Assembly: GCF_000014785.1 (NCBI RefSeq)
Contig: NC_008340.1
Span: forward strand, 960,001 to 992,000
Source: Alkalilimnicola ehrlichii MLHE-1
GTDB taxonomy: Bacteria > Pseudomonadota > Gammaproteobacteria > Nitrococcales > Halorhodospiraceae
DNA: 32,000 bases
Direction: 5' to 3'
Shown: piece by piece, positions 12,453 through 20,602 of the stretch
How positions within the stretch are numbered: position 1 is the stretch's first letter
Layout: the number at the start of each line of letters is the position of its first letter
Translations under genes and position numbers: made by a program
Notes under the pieces: model-generated
Databases searched by the model: none
Told to the model about the DNA's origin: nothing
What the model saw: only the letters and a program-made list of their open reading frames with translations

Positions 12453-12947
12453 ATGTTACACCAAAAGGGATTAACCCTGGTTGAACTGCTGATTGTCCTG
12501 GTCGTCACGTCCGTGCTCCTGACCCAGGCAGTGCCGGCCCTGAACGGCGTGATCACCAGCCTGCGCCTTACCACTGCCGCCAACGACTTCATCAGCGCCC
12601 TGCACACCGCCCGCAGCCAGGCGGTTCGCTCCAATACCGTCACGGTCTTGTGCCCGGCCGGCCAGGATGGCGCCTGTGACGAGGACGGCGAATTCTCCCA
12701 GGGCTGGCTGGTCACCGGGGATGCCAGCGACCCGTCCGCCACCCACCGGCTGTGGTCCGCCCCCGGGCCGGAAATCCAGGTCAACTTCCCGCAGGACGGC
12801 CTGGCGCGGTTCAGCGGTGATGGGATCCCGCGTCAGGCCGGCGGGGGCTTCCTGGCCGGCACGGCGGTGTTCTGTCTCAACGGGCAGTCGCGGCGGGTGA
12901 TCCTGTCCCGCAACGGGCGGATCCGGACGGTGACCACGGAGTGCTGA
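12453..12947 (+). CDS. fimT: GspH/FimT family pseudopilin (FimT/FimU-like)
   Basis: MLHQKGLTLVELLIVLVVTSVLLTQAVPALNGVITSLRLTTAANDFISALHTARSQAVRSN; GGAGG 5 nt upstream of the ATG. Confidence 0.8.
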   Translation: MLHQKGLTLVELLIVLVVTSVLLTQAVPALNGVITSLRLTTAANDFISALHTARSQAVRSNTVTVLCPAGQDGACDEDGEFSQGWLVTGDASDPSATHRLWSAPGPEIQVNFPQDGLARFSGDGIPRQAGGGFLAGTAVFCLNGQSRRVILSRNGRIRTVTTEC

Positions 12948-13035
12948 GGCCGCCCGGGACCGCTCGTCGGCGGATGGACGCCGCCAGTCGCGGCGCCCGC
13001 GCCTGGCCTACCCAATAGCCCTTATGCTTTAAGGC

Positions 13036-13494
13036 ATGAAAAGGTCTAACGGTTTTACGCTTATCGAGTTGATGATCACGCTGGTGGTGCTGGCCGTGGT
13101 CGCGGCCATCGCCGCCCCGTCGATGCAGCGGATCATGGCGCGTAATCAGCTCACCACCGCCGCCAACGACATGGTGACGGCGTTGACCGTGGCGCGGAGC
13201 CAGGCGGTGCGCGAGGGCAGCCCCTGGACGGTGACCATGTCCGGAGATGCCGAGAGCTGGCTGCTGGTGGATGCCGACAGTGGCGGGTCGGACCGGCAGC
13301 GGCGCTTTTCGCGCAATGCCAACGTCGCCGTCGACAGCACGGCCGATGTCACCTTCGATCCCCGTGGCCGGCCGGATCCAAGCGCGACCTATCACTATAG
13401 GCTGAGTCACACCGGTACCGGCGTTGACCCCCGATGCGTGGAGGTCCGCCGGAGCGGACAGGTTGGGGTTGTCGATTGCGAGGATGAGCCATGA
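13036..13494 (+). CDS. GspH/FimT family pseudopilin, second paralogue
   Basis: MKRSNGFTLIELMITLVVLAVVAAIAAPSMQRIMARNQLTTAANDMVTALTVARSQAVREG. Confidence 0.85.
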   Translation: MKRSNGFTLIELMITLVVLAVVAAIAAPSMQRIMARNQLTTAANDMVTALTVARSQAVREGSPWTVTMSGDAESWLLVDADSGGSDRQRRFSRNANVAVDSTADVTFDPRGRPDPSATYHYRLSHTGTGVDPRCVEVRRSGQVGVVDCEDEP

Positions 13495-14003
13495 GATCAG
13501 CCATCCATTCAACCACAGGACCGCGGCGCCAGGGCGGCTTCACCCTACTGGAGGTCCTGATCGCGCTGGTCATCATTTCCGTCGGGCTGCTGGGCGTGCT
13601 GGCGCTGCAGGCCAATATGCTCAGCTACAGCCACAGCGCCTACCTGAGCTCTATGGCCAGCGTACAGGCGCTGGACCTGGAGGAGCGGATGCGGGCCAAC
13701 CGGGGTGCGGTCGTCGACGGGGATTACGACTTCTCGGACTTCGCTCAGATCAGCACCGCCAATCCGGATGCTTGCGAGGGCGGGTTGGCCTGTAACGAGG
13801 CACAGCTTGCAGCCAACGACCTGGCCCGCTGGGCGCGGGCCACTCGGGGCCTCTTCCCGGGCACGTTGGAGGCAGAGCTGAGCCACGAGGGTGCCAATAC
13901 CGATGATCTGCTCTACCGGCTGACCCTGGAGTGGACGGAACGGGGCAGGGGGGGAGATCCGGATGACGACCGCATCGATTTCGATTACTGGTTCCGGTTG
14001 TAG
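13491..14003 (+). CDS. pilV: Type IV pilus modification protein PilV
   Basis: GGFTLLEVLIALVIISVGLLGVLALQANMLSYSHSAYLSSMASVQALDLEERMRAN; ATGA overlap with the preceding gene. Confidence 0.9.
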   Translation: MRSAIHSTTGPRRQGGFTLLEVLIALVIISVGLLGVLALQANMLSYSHSAYLSSMASVQALDLEERMRANRGAVVDGDYDFSDFAQISTANPDACEGGLACNEAQLAANDLARWARATRGLFPGTLEAELSHEGANTDDLLYRLTLEWTERGRGGDPDDDRIDFDYWFRL

Positions 14004-14009
14004 GGGGCT

Positions 14010-14651
14010 GTGATGACGAACGCCCTGAATCAACGCCAGCGCCTGCAGCGGGGTGTGACGCTGGTGGAGCTCATGGTCTCGCTGCTGATCGGCAGCATCA
14101 TCCTGCTCGGGGTGGTGAGCCTCTTCGCCGCCAGCCGGCAGACCCAGGAGACCCAGCAGCACATCAACCGGGTGGCCGAGGATGCCCGCTTCTTCACCGA
14201 GTTCATCGCCCGGGATATTCGCATGGCCGGTTACGCGCCGGATGATTGCAAAGCCGATACCGGACTGGAGGAGAAGGATACGATCGAATGGGATGCCAAT
14301 GACAGCGAGCTCACACTGCGGTACTGCGACGATGACGGCGGCTGGGATGTGGTGAAGGCCATCTATAAGTTCGCCGGCGACCGGGTAAGGTTCAGTGACG
14401 ATGGCGGCACATTGAACCCGCTGGTGGACGGCCTGCGGCTGGAGGGCATTGCATTCGGTGTCCGGCAGGGCAGCAATTTGACCTATCAGAGTGCCCCGGG
14501 GGATGCCACTGACGTACGCACCATCCGCCTCACCTTCACTCTATGGGGCGAGGAAACGCCCGGTGTGGACGAGGATGACCGCGCGATCCCCTGGATTGAG
14601 TTCACCACGGCGGTACGCAACCACACATTCCACCCGCTGGGCAACGACTAG
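14010..14651 (+). CDS. pilW: PilW family minor pilin
   Basis: RGVTLVELMVSLLIGSIILLGVVSLFAASRQTQETQQHINRVAEDARFFTEFIARDIRMAGY. Confidence 0.9.
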   Translation: MMTNALNQRQRLQRGVTLVELMVSLLIGSIILLGVVSLFAASRQTQETQQHINRVAEDARFFTEFIARDIRMAGYAPDDCKADTGLEEKDTIEWDANDSELTLRYCDDDGGWDVVKAIYKFAGDRVRFSDDGGTLNPLVDGLRLEGIAFGVRQGSNLTYQSAPGDATDVRTIRLTFTLWGEETPGVDEDDRAIPWIEFTTAVRNHTFHPLGND

Positions 14652-14663
14652 GAGCTTCGGCCG

Positions 14664-15881
14664 ATGGTGACACCCGCACAGCACCCCACAAGCCCACCAC
14701 TGCAACGGCAGTCCCCGTCACAGGGGGGCGCCGCGCTGGTCGTGGCCCTGCTGATCCTGCTGGTGCTCACCGTGATTGGCATCAGCACAGCGGGCGTCAC
14801 CCTGTTGCAGGAGCGGATGGCGGCCAATACCAAGCAGCAGACGGCTGCGTTGTTCGCCGCCGAGTCCGGTATCGCAGAGGTGCTCTGGTGGCTGGAGCGA
14901 CCGAACAATCCCCTGACCTGCGAGACCAATATGCTCTCGGGGACCCCGGGTGGGCGCTTCACCCGTTTCCAGGTGGACTGCACGGAGGTGCTGCCCGGCC
15001 AGCTGGGTGGCTGCGGCCCCGGGGCGGATGCCTGCTACCGGCTGCTGAGCACTGGTGATCACCTGTCAGCCGACGGCGAGGTGCAGGCCCGGCGGCGGGT
15101 GGAGACCCTGGTCGGTATTGCCCCCGGGCGCGATTTCGGTGATGTGGCCGACGCCGCCGTGAGCTGTTTCGGGGTCAGCATTAGCTGCTCGGTCAACGCC
15201 GGCGGCTCACCCGGCAGTGTGGACGGGCGCGACTACCCCGTTCCCGCCGACTTCGAATGCGAGGGGGCGGGTTGTCGAACCAGCCTCGACCCCGATCGGA
15301 ACGCCGAGGGCACAGTGGACAAGACCGGCGCCCGGCTTTGGGGAGACGGCGAACTGGCGGGTGGCAGTAATCAGTACGCCGGCAACCCGGCCAGCGAGAT
15401 GATCTCTGAGCCCTTCCAGGCTGAGAGTGCGTGGAATGCCTGGTTCGACGCCTGGGTGGAGATCAGCGATGCCCTTGGTGAACCCGCAGTGGTGACCGGG
15501 GCGGTCAACCAAACTGGCGAGCTGGGCACCCGCACCAGTCCGCAGTTCAGCCGCCTTGCCAGTGGCTCGAGTGTCGCCGGCAACCTGTCGGGTGCCGGGG
15601 TGCTGGTGGTGGAAGCGGGGGTCAGCTTCGAGGGCACCATGAGCTACGAGGGCCTGGTGATCCTGATGCCCGGCGCCAGCCTGAACACCGGCAACTCCAC
15701 CTTCTACGGCGCCGTCATCGGACTGGACGGTCAGGTCCTTGATGACCCTTCGGGGACGGGCTCGACCGCCATCACCATCTCCGGGAACGGCGAGATCCGG
15801 TTCAGCAGCCAGGCGCTGGACAACGCCCGCCGGCTGCTCGGTCCGGCGGGTGTCGAGGTGCTGTCCTGGCGGCACCTTTAA
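14664..15881 (+). CDS. pilX: PilX-like minor pilin (405 aa)
   Basis: GGAALVVALLILLVLTVIGISTAGVTLLQERMAANTKQQTAALFAAESGIAEV. Confidence 0.85.
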   Translation: MVTPAQHPTSPPLQRQSPSQGGAALVVALLILLVLTVIGISTAGVTLLQERMAANTKQQTAALFAAESGIAEVLWWLERPNNPLTCETNMLSGTPGGRFTRFQVDCTEVLPGQLGGCGPGADACYRLLSTGDHLSADGEVQARRRVETLVGIAPGRDFGDVADAAVSCFGVSISCSVNAGGSPGSVDGRDYPVPADFECEGAGCRTSLDPDRNAEGTVDKTGARLWGDGELAGGSNQYAGNPASEMISEPFQAESAWNAWFDAWVEISDALGEPAVVTGAVNQTGELGTRTSPQFSRLASGSSVAGNLSGAGVLVVEAGVSFEGTMSYEGLVILMPGASLNTGNSTFYGAVIGLDGQVLDDPSGTGSTAITISGNGEIRFSSQALDNARRLLGPAGVEVLSWRHL

Positions 15882-15943
15882 CGGAATCCGCCGCCGGGCC
15901 ATCCCGGCGGCAGGCAAAACGGCCCTAAGTGCAGGAGCAACCC

Positions 15944-17143
15944 ATGGACACCATGAGGCACGAGACAAGACCCGGCCAGCGCCGCGAGGCAGGCTCCGCC
16001 CTGATCCTAGCGATGCTCATCCTGTTGGTCCTGACCGTCATCGGCATCTCCGGCGCGAACCAGGCGATGCTGCAGGAGCGTATGGCCAGCAATTCGAAGC
16101 AGCAGACGGATGCCTTGTTTGCAGCGGATAGTGGAGTGGCTGCTGCACTCAGAGAACTGCATGAAGCGGGTGCCGGCATCGACTGCAATGCAGCGGAAGG
16201 ATTAATCGATGGATTAGCTGGCACTGTCGGAGAGCACGGAGAGTACAACTTATCTCTATTGACTCCGTGTGACGATACACACTCGGATTTCGAGGCGTGG
16301 TTAAATGTCCGCAGCGAGGGGAGAGTGTCAGGACAGGCTGGATCAGTACGGCGTGTAGACTTTGAGCTTTTCGTCCCGGCCCCAGTGTATACCGATGACA
16401 ACCATCCTGCATTTGATCGTGGGATTTTTGCGGATGGCAAATTCGTGCAGAATGGCAAGTCTTACTATCTTACCGGTGTCCACTCCAATACAGCGATCGA
16501 TTTCGCTAATCCTAGTACAGTAGAGGGGCTCGTATCTGTTGCAGGGGATGGGGCTGTTCATGGGGCTGGGTTAGAGGAAGGGGACTTTCTTAGAACCGAC
16601 GTTTTGGACGTTCCGCGCGTCGAGGATTTCATAGCCGAGTTTGTTGAAGGTGGAATGGTTCCACCAGATGATGAGCCGAACTCTGAGGTCCGTTTTGGTG
16701 AAGAGCATTGTGACGCATTATCCAGTGGGGTGGACCGAGAAGATAATCCGACAGGCCATATAACCTATTATTGTGAAGGGAATGTGGAGGTTGGAGGTAG
16801 TTTCAGTGATGTGACGATTATTGCGACCGGTGATTTGACTCATAATGGTGCTGCGCAATACTCGGCGGAAGGGGAGTCGAATACCGCATTTATTGCGCAA
16901 GGAAATATGGAGTTTAATGGAAAGACGGGGCCAAGTACGGCGACCTACTGGACTGATGGGGACTTTGTTCACAACGGTTCTTCCGATATTTCAGGGTCAG
17001 TCGTTGCCAGCGGTGAGGTGGTGTTCAATGGAGGGTCAAGTTTTGTTGCTGAGGATGTGTCGAACCCATGGTTGCCGCCAGCCGAGGATGACGATGAGGA
17101 CAATCTTGCTTTCGCTGGTTATTGGCGACAGACCACAGACTAG
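15944..17143 (+). CDS. Second PilX-like protein (399 aa) with a divergent C-terminal region
   Basis: AGSALILAMLILLVLTVIGISGANQAMLQERMASNSKQQTDALFAADSGVAAA matches the preceding gene's N-terminus. AGGAG upstream of ATG 15944. Confidence 0.8.
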   Translation: MDTMRHETRPGQRREAGSALILAMLILLVLTVIGISGANQAMLQERMASNSKQQTDALFAADSGVAAALRELHEAGAGIDCNAAEGLIDGLAGTVGEHGEYNLSLLTPCDDTHSDFEAWLNVRSEGRVSGQAGSVRRVDFELFVPAPVYTDDNHPAFDRGIFADGKFVQNGKSYYLTGVHSNTAIDFANPSTVEGLVSVAGDGAVHGAGLEEGDFLRTDVLDVPRVEDFIAEFVEGGMVPPDDEPNSEVRFGEEHCDALSSGVDREDNPTGHITYYCEGNVEVGGSFSDVTIIATGDLTHNGAAQYSAEGESNTAFIAQGNMEFNGKTGPSTATYWTDGDFVHNGSSDISGSVVASGEVVFNGGSSFVAEDVSNPWLPPAEDDDEDNLAFAGYWRQTTD

Positions 17144-17152
17144 GTGACTATG

Positions 17153-18019
17153 TTAAATCGTCATTCCCTGTTTTATGTGCGCGCTCATTATTTTTCCTGG
17201 GGCCGGCCGACTGTTTTGCAACGTAATAACGGTTGATCCCATGTTGAAACGCCCCATTTCATGGCCTCGTGCTATGGTTGGCGCGTTGTCCGCCTCGTAA
17301 TTGCTGTATTGCGCGCGGATTCCTGCCGGCGGGGTTATCTCCCCCGCCCACACGGTCTCAATACTCCCCACATTGATCGCCCCCACCAGCACCACCGCCA
17401 TCGGCCCTCGGTCGGTGTCGAAAATACAGGCCACCCGCTCGTTGCGCGCAAACAGCTTAGGCACTGTACGCACGGTAAAGGGCGCCACGCTGAACAACCG
17501 CCCCGGTATATGAATCATCTGCCGCAGGGTGCCGGTCATCGGCATGTGCACCCGGTGGTAGTCCCGCGGTGACAGGTAGATGGTCGCAAACCAGCCATCC
17601 CGAAACTCCTCCGCCAACGCCTCATCACCTCCCAGAAGCTCGGCGGTGGTGAAGCTGTGGCCCTTGGCCTGGAAGATCGTGTCCCTCTCAATGGGCCCCA
17701 TCTGGCTGATGGTGCCGTCCGCCGGTGACAGGATGGCGTCCGGGTCGTCCGGCAGCGGGCGGGCCTCGGGCTTCAGGGCCCGCGTGAAGAAGGCATTGAA
17801 GGTGGGGTAGGCGGTGGGGTCCTCCTCCAGTGCCTCGCTCATGTCCACCTTGAACACCCGGATGAAGGCCTTGATCAGCAGGTTCTTGAACCACGGCGTC
17901 TCCACCCGGACCGCCCAGTGCACCATCCGCGAGATGGCGTGGTGGGGCAGGGGGTAGAGCAGTGCGGCCTTCAGGTGGTCCAACCCGGTGGCGGGGCTTT
18001 CGTCTCGGTAAACACTCAT
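17153..18019 (-). CDS. psd: Phosphatidylserine decarboxylase proenzyme
   Basis: YPTFNAFFTRALKPEARP, SPADGTISQMG, YHRVHMP, FNMGSTVI maturation site (LGST-type). Confidence 0.96.
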   Translation of the reverse strand: MSVYRDESPATGLDHLKAALLYPLPHHAISRMVHWAVRVETPWFKNLLIKAFIRVFKVDMSEALEEDPTAYPTFNAFFTRALKPEARPLPDDPDAILSPADGTISQMGPIERDTIFQAKGHSFTTAELLGGDEALAEEFRDGWFATIYLSPRDYHRVHMPMTGTLRQMIHIPGRLFSVAPFTVRTVPKLFARNERVACIFDTDRGPMAVVLVGAINVGSIETVWAGEITPPAGIRAQYSNYEADNAPTIARGHEMGRFNMGSTVITLQNSRPAPGKIMSAHIKQGMTI

Positions 18020-18104
18020 CCGCGGTGGCTCTCAGGCAGTGGCGCGTGGCACGGTGGCCAGAGCATACCGGAAAAGCGCCCCAAGGCGGCAGGCCGACGC
18101 CAAT

Positions 18105-18428
18105 ATGACGGGTGATATACTCCTACTTATGCGATTGACCAGCCAACAGATTGCCACGATCAGGAAGGCTGTGGCCGAACAATTGGGCGAGGATGCGCGT
18201 GTGCGGCTCTTCGGTTCCCGTGTGGATGATGCGGCGCGGGGCGGTGACATTGATTTATTGGTGGAGACAGACCGTATACTGGCCAATCGCCCGGCCGAGG
18301 CCAGCCGGCTGGCGGCCAAGCTGCAGCTTGCCTTAGGCGATCAACGCATCGACGTGCTGATTATAGACCCCGCCACGCGTATGCAGCCTATTCATAAGGT
18401 CGCTCGAGAAACAGGGGTGGCGCTTTGA
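18105..18428 (+). CDS. MNT-type minimal nucleotidyltransferase (MntA-like, putative antitoxin)
   Basis: VRLFGSRVDDAARGGDIDLLVE (GSX9DXD) and downstream RIDVLII. Start uncertain (18105 or 18129). Confidence 0.8.
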   Translation: MTGDILLLMRLTSQQIATIRKAVAEQLGEDARVRLFGSRVDDAARGGDIDLLVETDRILANRPAEASRLAAKLQLALGDQRIDVLIIDPATRMQPIHKVARETGVAL

Positions 18429-18943
18429 CGCTTAGACCTGCAAGTGATCGGCTGATCTTCCTGCTGGATACCGTCCGGCGGGAGGGCGAACACCTGATAC
18501 ACACCACTCAGCGACTGCTACCCCATCCTGTGGACACCACCTGGGTTGCGGGCCTGGAGGAGGACCCGGATCGAGCGGAGCGCCTGGATGCGTTTGTCGC
18601 CCGTTTTTCCAGGATGCAGGATACGCTGGGGGATCGATTGCTGCCGGAACTGCTCCGGCAAATGCTGGAGACGCCAGGCTCCGCTCTGGATAACCTGAAT
18701 CGCCTCGAGAAGCTCGGCTTGTTGGCGTCTGTGGTCGATTGGGTCGAGGCACGTAATCTCCGTAATCGGCTGGTTCACGAGTATATGCGTGATGCTGAGG
18801 AGTTCGCGGGCGCCGTGAACCGGGCACGGGAACTCGTGCCGATGTTGATCAACACGTTCAATACCATAAACCGGTACGCGCGAGAACACTTTTCCGGCCA
18901 AGGCTGGCCCGGGGAACTCAGTGGGCCCAGCTACCCCTCGTGA
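18425..18943 (+). CDS. HEPN-domain protein, HepT-like putative ribonuclease toxin (172 aa)
   Basis: FVARFSRMQDTLGDRLL...RNLRNRLVHEYMRD contains RX4HXY (RNRLVHEY). TTG start overlaps the antitoxin stop (TTGA). Confidence 0.7.
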   Translation: MTLRPASDRLIFLLDTVRREGEHLIHTTQRLLPHPVDTTWVAGLEEDPDRAERLDAFVARFSRMQDTLGDRLLPELLRQMLETPGSALDNLNRLEKLGLLASVVDWVEARNLRNRLVHEYMRDAEEFAGAVNRARELVPMLINTFNTINRYAREHFSGQGWPGELSGPSYPS

Positions 18944-19554
18944 TAGGCGCGCATCTGCCGGAAATCCGCCACGATACTCTCCGGTGCGTGGGGGTAGGGG
19001 AAAATGGCCTGTAGGTGCCCCCCGGGGTTGATCAGCAGGAACTGCGCACTGTGGTCGATCTGGTATTCCCCGCCGCCCGTGTCATGCCGGGCGTGGACGA
19101 TGCCCAGGTTGCGGGTGAGCACCTCCACCTTGTCCATCTCGCCGGTGACGCCCAGGTAGTCCTCACCGAACCAGCCCACATACTCCTTCAGCCGCTCCGG
19201 CGTGTCGCGATCAGGGTCCACGGAGACGAACACCACCTGCAGGTCCTCGTCATCGCCGGTCTCGGCCAGCAGGGTTTCGATCCGGTTCATGGCGGCCAGG
19301 GACATGGGGCAGATGTCCGGGCAGTGGGTGAAGCCGAAGAACATGAAGGTCCACTGCCCCTCCAGCCGCCGGTTGTCGAAGGGCCTCTCGTGCTGGTCCA
19401 CCAGCTCGAACGGGGTGATGGCCCGTCCCCCCTCCAGCCAGGTGGCCTCTGTCTCCGGGGGCTCGGGCGTGCCAGCGCCCATCCATGCGGCACTCAGGGC
19501 GCCGCCGCCCACGGCCACCACGGCCACCAGAACCCAGCCGAACACGCTCCTCAT
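18931..19554 (-). CDS. SCO1/SenC family copper-binding/thioredoxin-like protein
   Basis: WTFMFFGFTHCPDICPMSLAAM (CxxxC) and VSVDPDRDTPERLKEYV; N-terminal hydrophobic anchor. Confidence 0.92.
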   Translation of the reverse strand: MRSVFGWVLVAVVAVGGGALSAAWMGAGTPEPPETEATWLEGGRAITPFELVDQHERPFDNRRLEGQWTFMFFGFTHCPDICPMSLAAMNRIETLLAETGDDEDLQVVFVSVDPDRDTPERLKEYVGWFGEDYLGVTGEMDKVEVLTRNLGIVHARHDTGGGEYQIDHSAQFLLINPGGHLQAIFPYPHAPESIVADFRQMRAYHEG

Positions 19555-19651
19555 GCCTCGTCTCTCCTCATACTCGGTGCAATGCGTGGATACCCTACCG
19601 GGGAGTGTAGCGGTGTTACTATTGCACGGAAGTGAGGAGGCCGTTGCGACC

Positions 19652-20581
19652 ATGGAAAATCTGCAAACCGTACCGCCGGAGCTGGAGACCCTGCGTGATT
19701 TCGTCCGCTACGCCGCCAGCCGGTTCAACGAGGGTGGGCTTGTGTTCGGGCACGGGACCGACAACGCCCTGGATGAGGCCGCAGCGCTGGTGCTGCACAC
19801 CCTACGCCTGCCGCCGGACCTGCCGGCGGCGTGGTGGGACAGTCGGCTTACCGCCAGCGAGCGCCAGGCGATCGTGGCGCGGGTGAAGCGGCGTATCGAG
19901 GAGCGCCTGCCGCTGCCCTATCTGACCCACGAGGCCTGGTTCGCCGGCCTGCCGTTCTACGTCGATCGGCGGGTGCTGGTGCCGCGCTCGCCCCTGGCGG
20001 AGTACATCCAGCGTGGCTTCGAGCCCTGGCTGTCGACAGACCACGTACACCGGGTGCTGGACGTGGGCACCGGCGGGGGCTGTATCGCCATCGCTTGCGC
20101 CTACGCCTTCCCGCAGGCGCGGGTGGATGCGGTGGATATCTCCCGCGATGCCCTGGACGTGGCGGAGATCAACGTCCAGCGCCACCATTTGGAGGAGCGG
20201 GTGGCGCTCATCCCCTCCGATCTGTTCGACGGCTTGCCCCGGGAGAACCGGTACGAGCTCATTATCAGCAACCCGCCCTACGTGGATGCCCGGGACATGA
20301 GTGACTTGGCGCCGGAGTTCCGCCATGAGCCGCGGCTGGGCCTGGAGGCGGGTGACGACGGGCTGGATCTGGTGCGGCGTCTGTTGGCGCGTGCGGGTGA
20401 TTTTCTCACCGAGGAGGGCATACTGGTGGTAGAGGTTGGCAACAGCGCCCCGGCGCTGGAGGCGGCCTACCCCACCGTGCCTTTCCTCTGGCTGGAGTTT
20501 GAGCATGGCGGGGACGGGGTCTTTTTGTTGACGGCCGACCAGTTGCGGGAGCACGCCTCGGCGCTGGCCTTGCCGCAGTGA
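19652..20581 (+). CDS. prmB: 50S ribosomal protein L3 N(5)-glutamine methyltransferase
   Basis: VLDVGTGGGCIAIA, IISNPPYVDARDM, N-terminal NALDEAAALVLHTLRLP typical of PrmB rather than PrmC. Confidence 0.92.
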   Translation: MENLQTVPPELETLRDFVRYAASRFNEGGLVFGHGTDNALDEAAALVLHTLRLPPDLPAAWWDSRLTASERQAIVARVKRRIEERLPLPYLTHEAWFAGLPFYVDRRVLVPRSPLAEYIQRGFEPWLSTDHVHRVLDVGTGGGCIAIACAYAFPQARVDAVDISRDALDVAEINVQRHHLEERVALIPSDLFDGLPRENRYELIISNPPYVDARDMSDLAPEFRHEPRLGLEAGDDGLDLVRRLLARAGDFLTEEGILVVEVGNSAPALEAAYPTVPFLWLEFEHGGDGVFLLTADQLREHASALALPQ

Positions 20582-20602
20582 TAAGCCATCGGGTGAACGG
20601 TC

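Noticed and set aside
18105-18943. Defence island around the MNT/HEPN pair
   Set aside because: Flanking genes (psd, SCO1/SenC, prmB) are housekeeping, with no other defence or mobile genes nearby.
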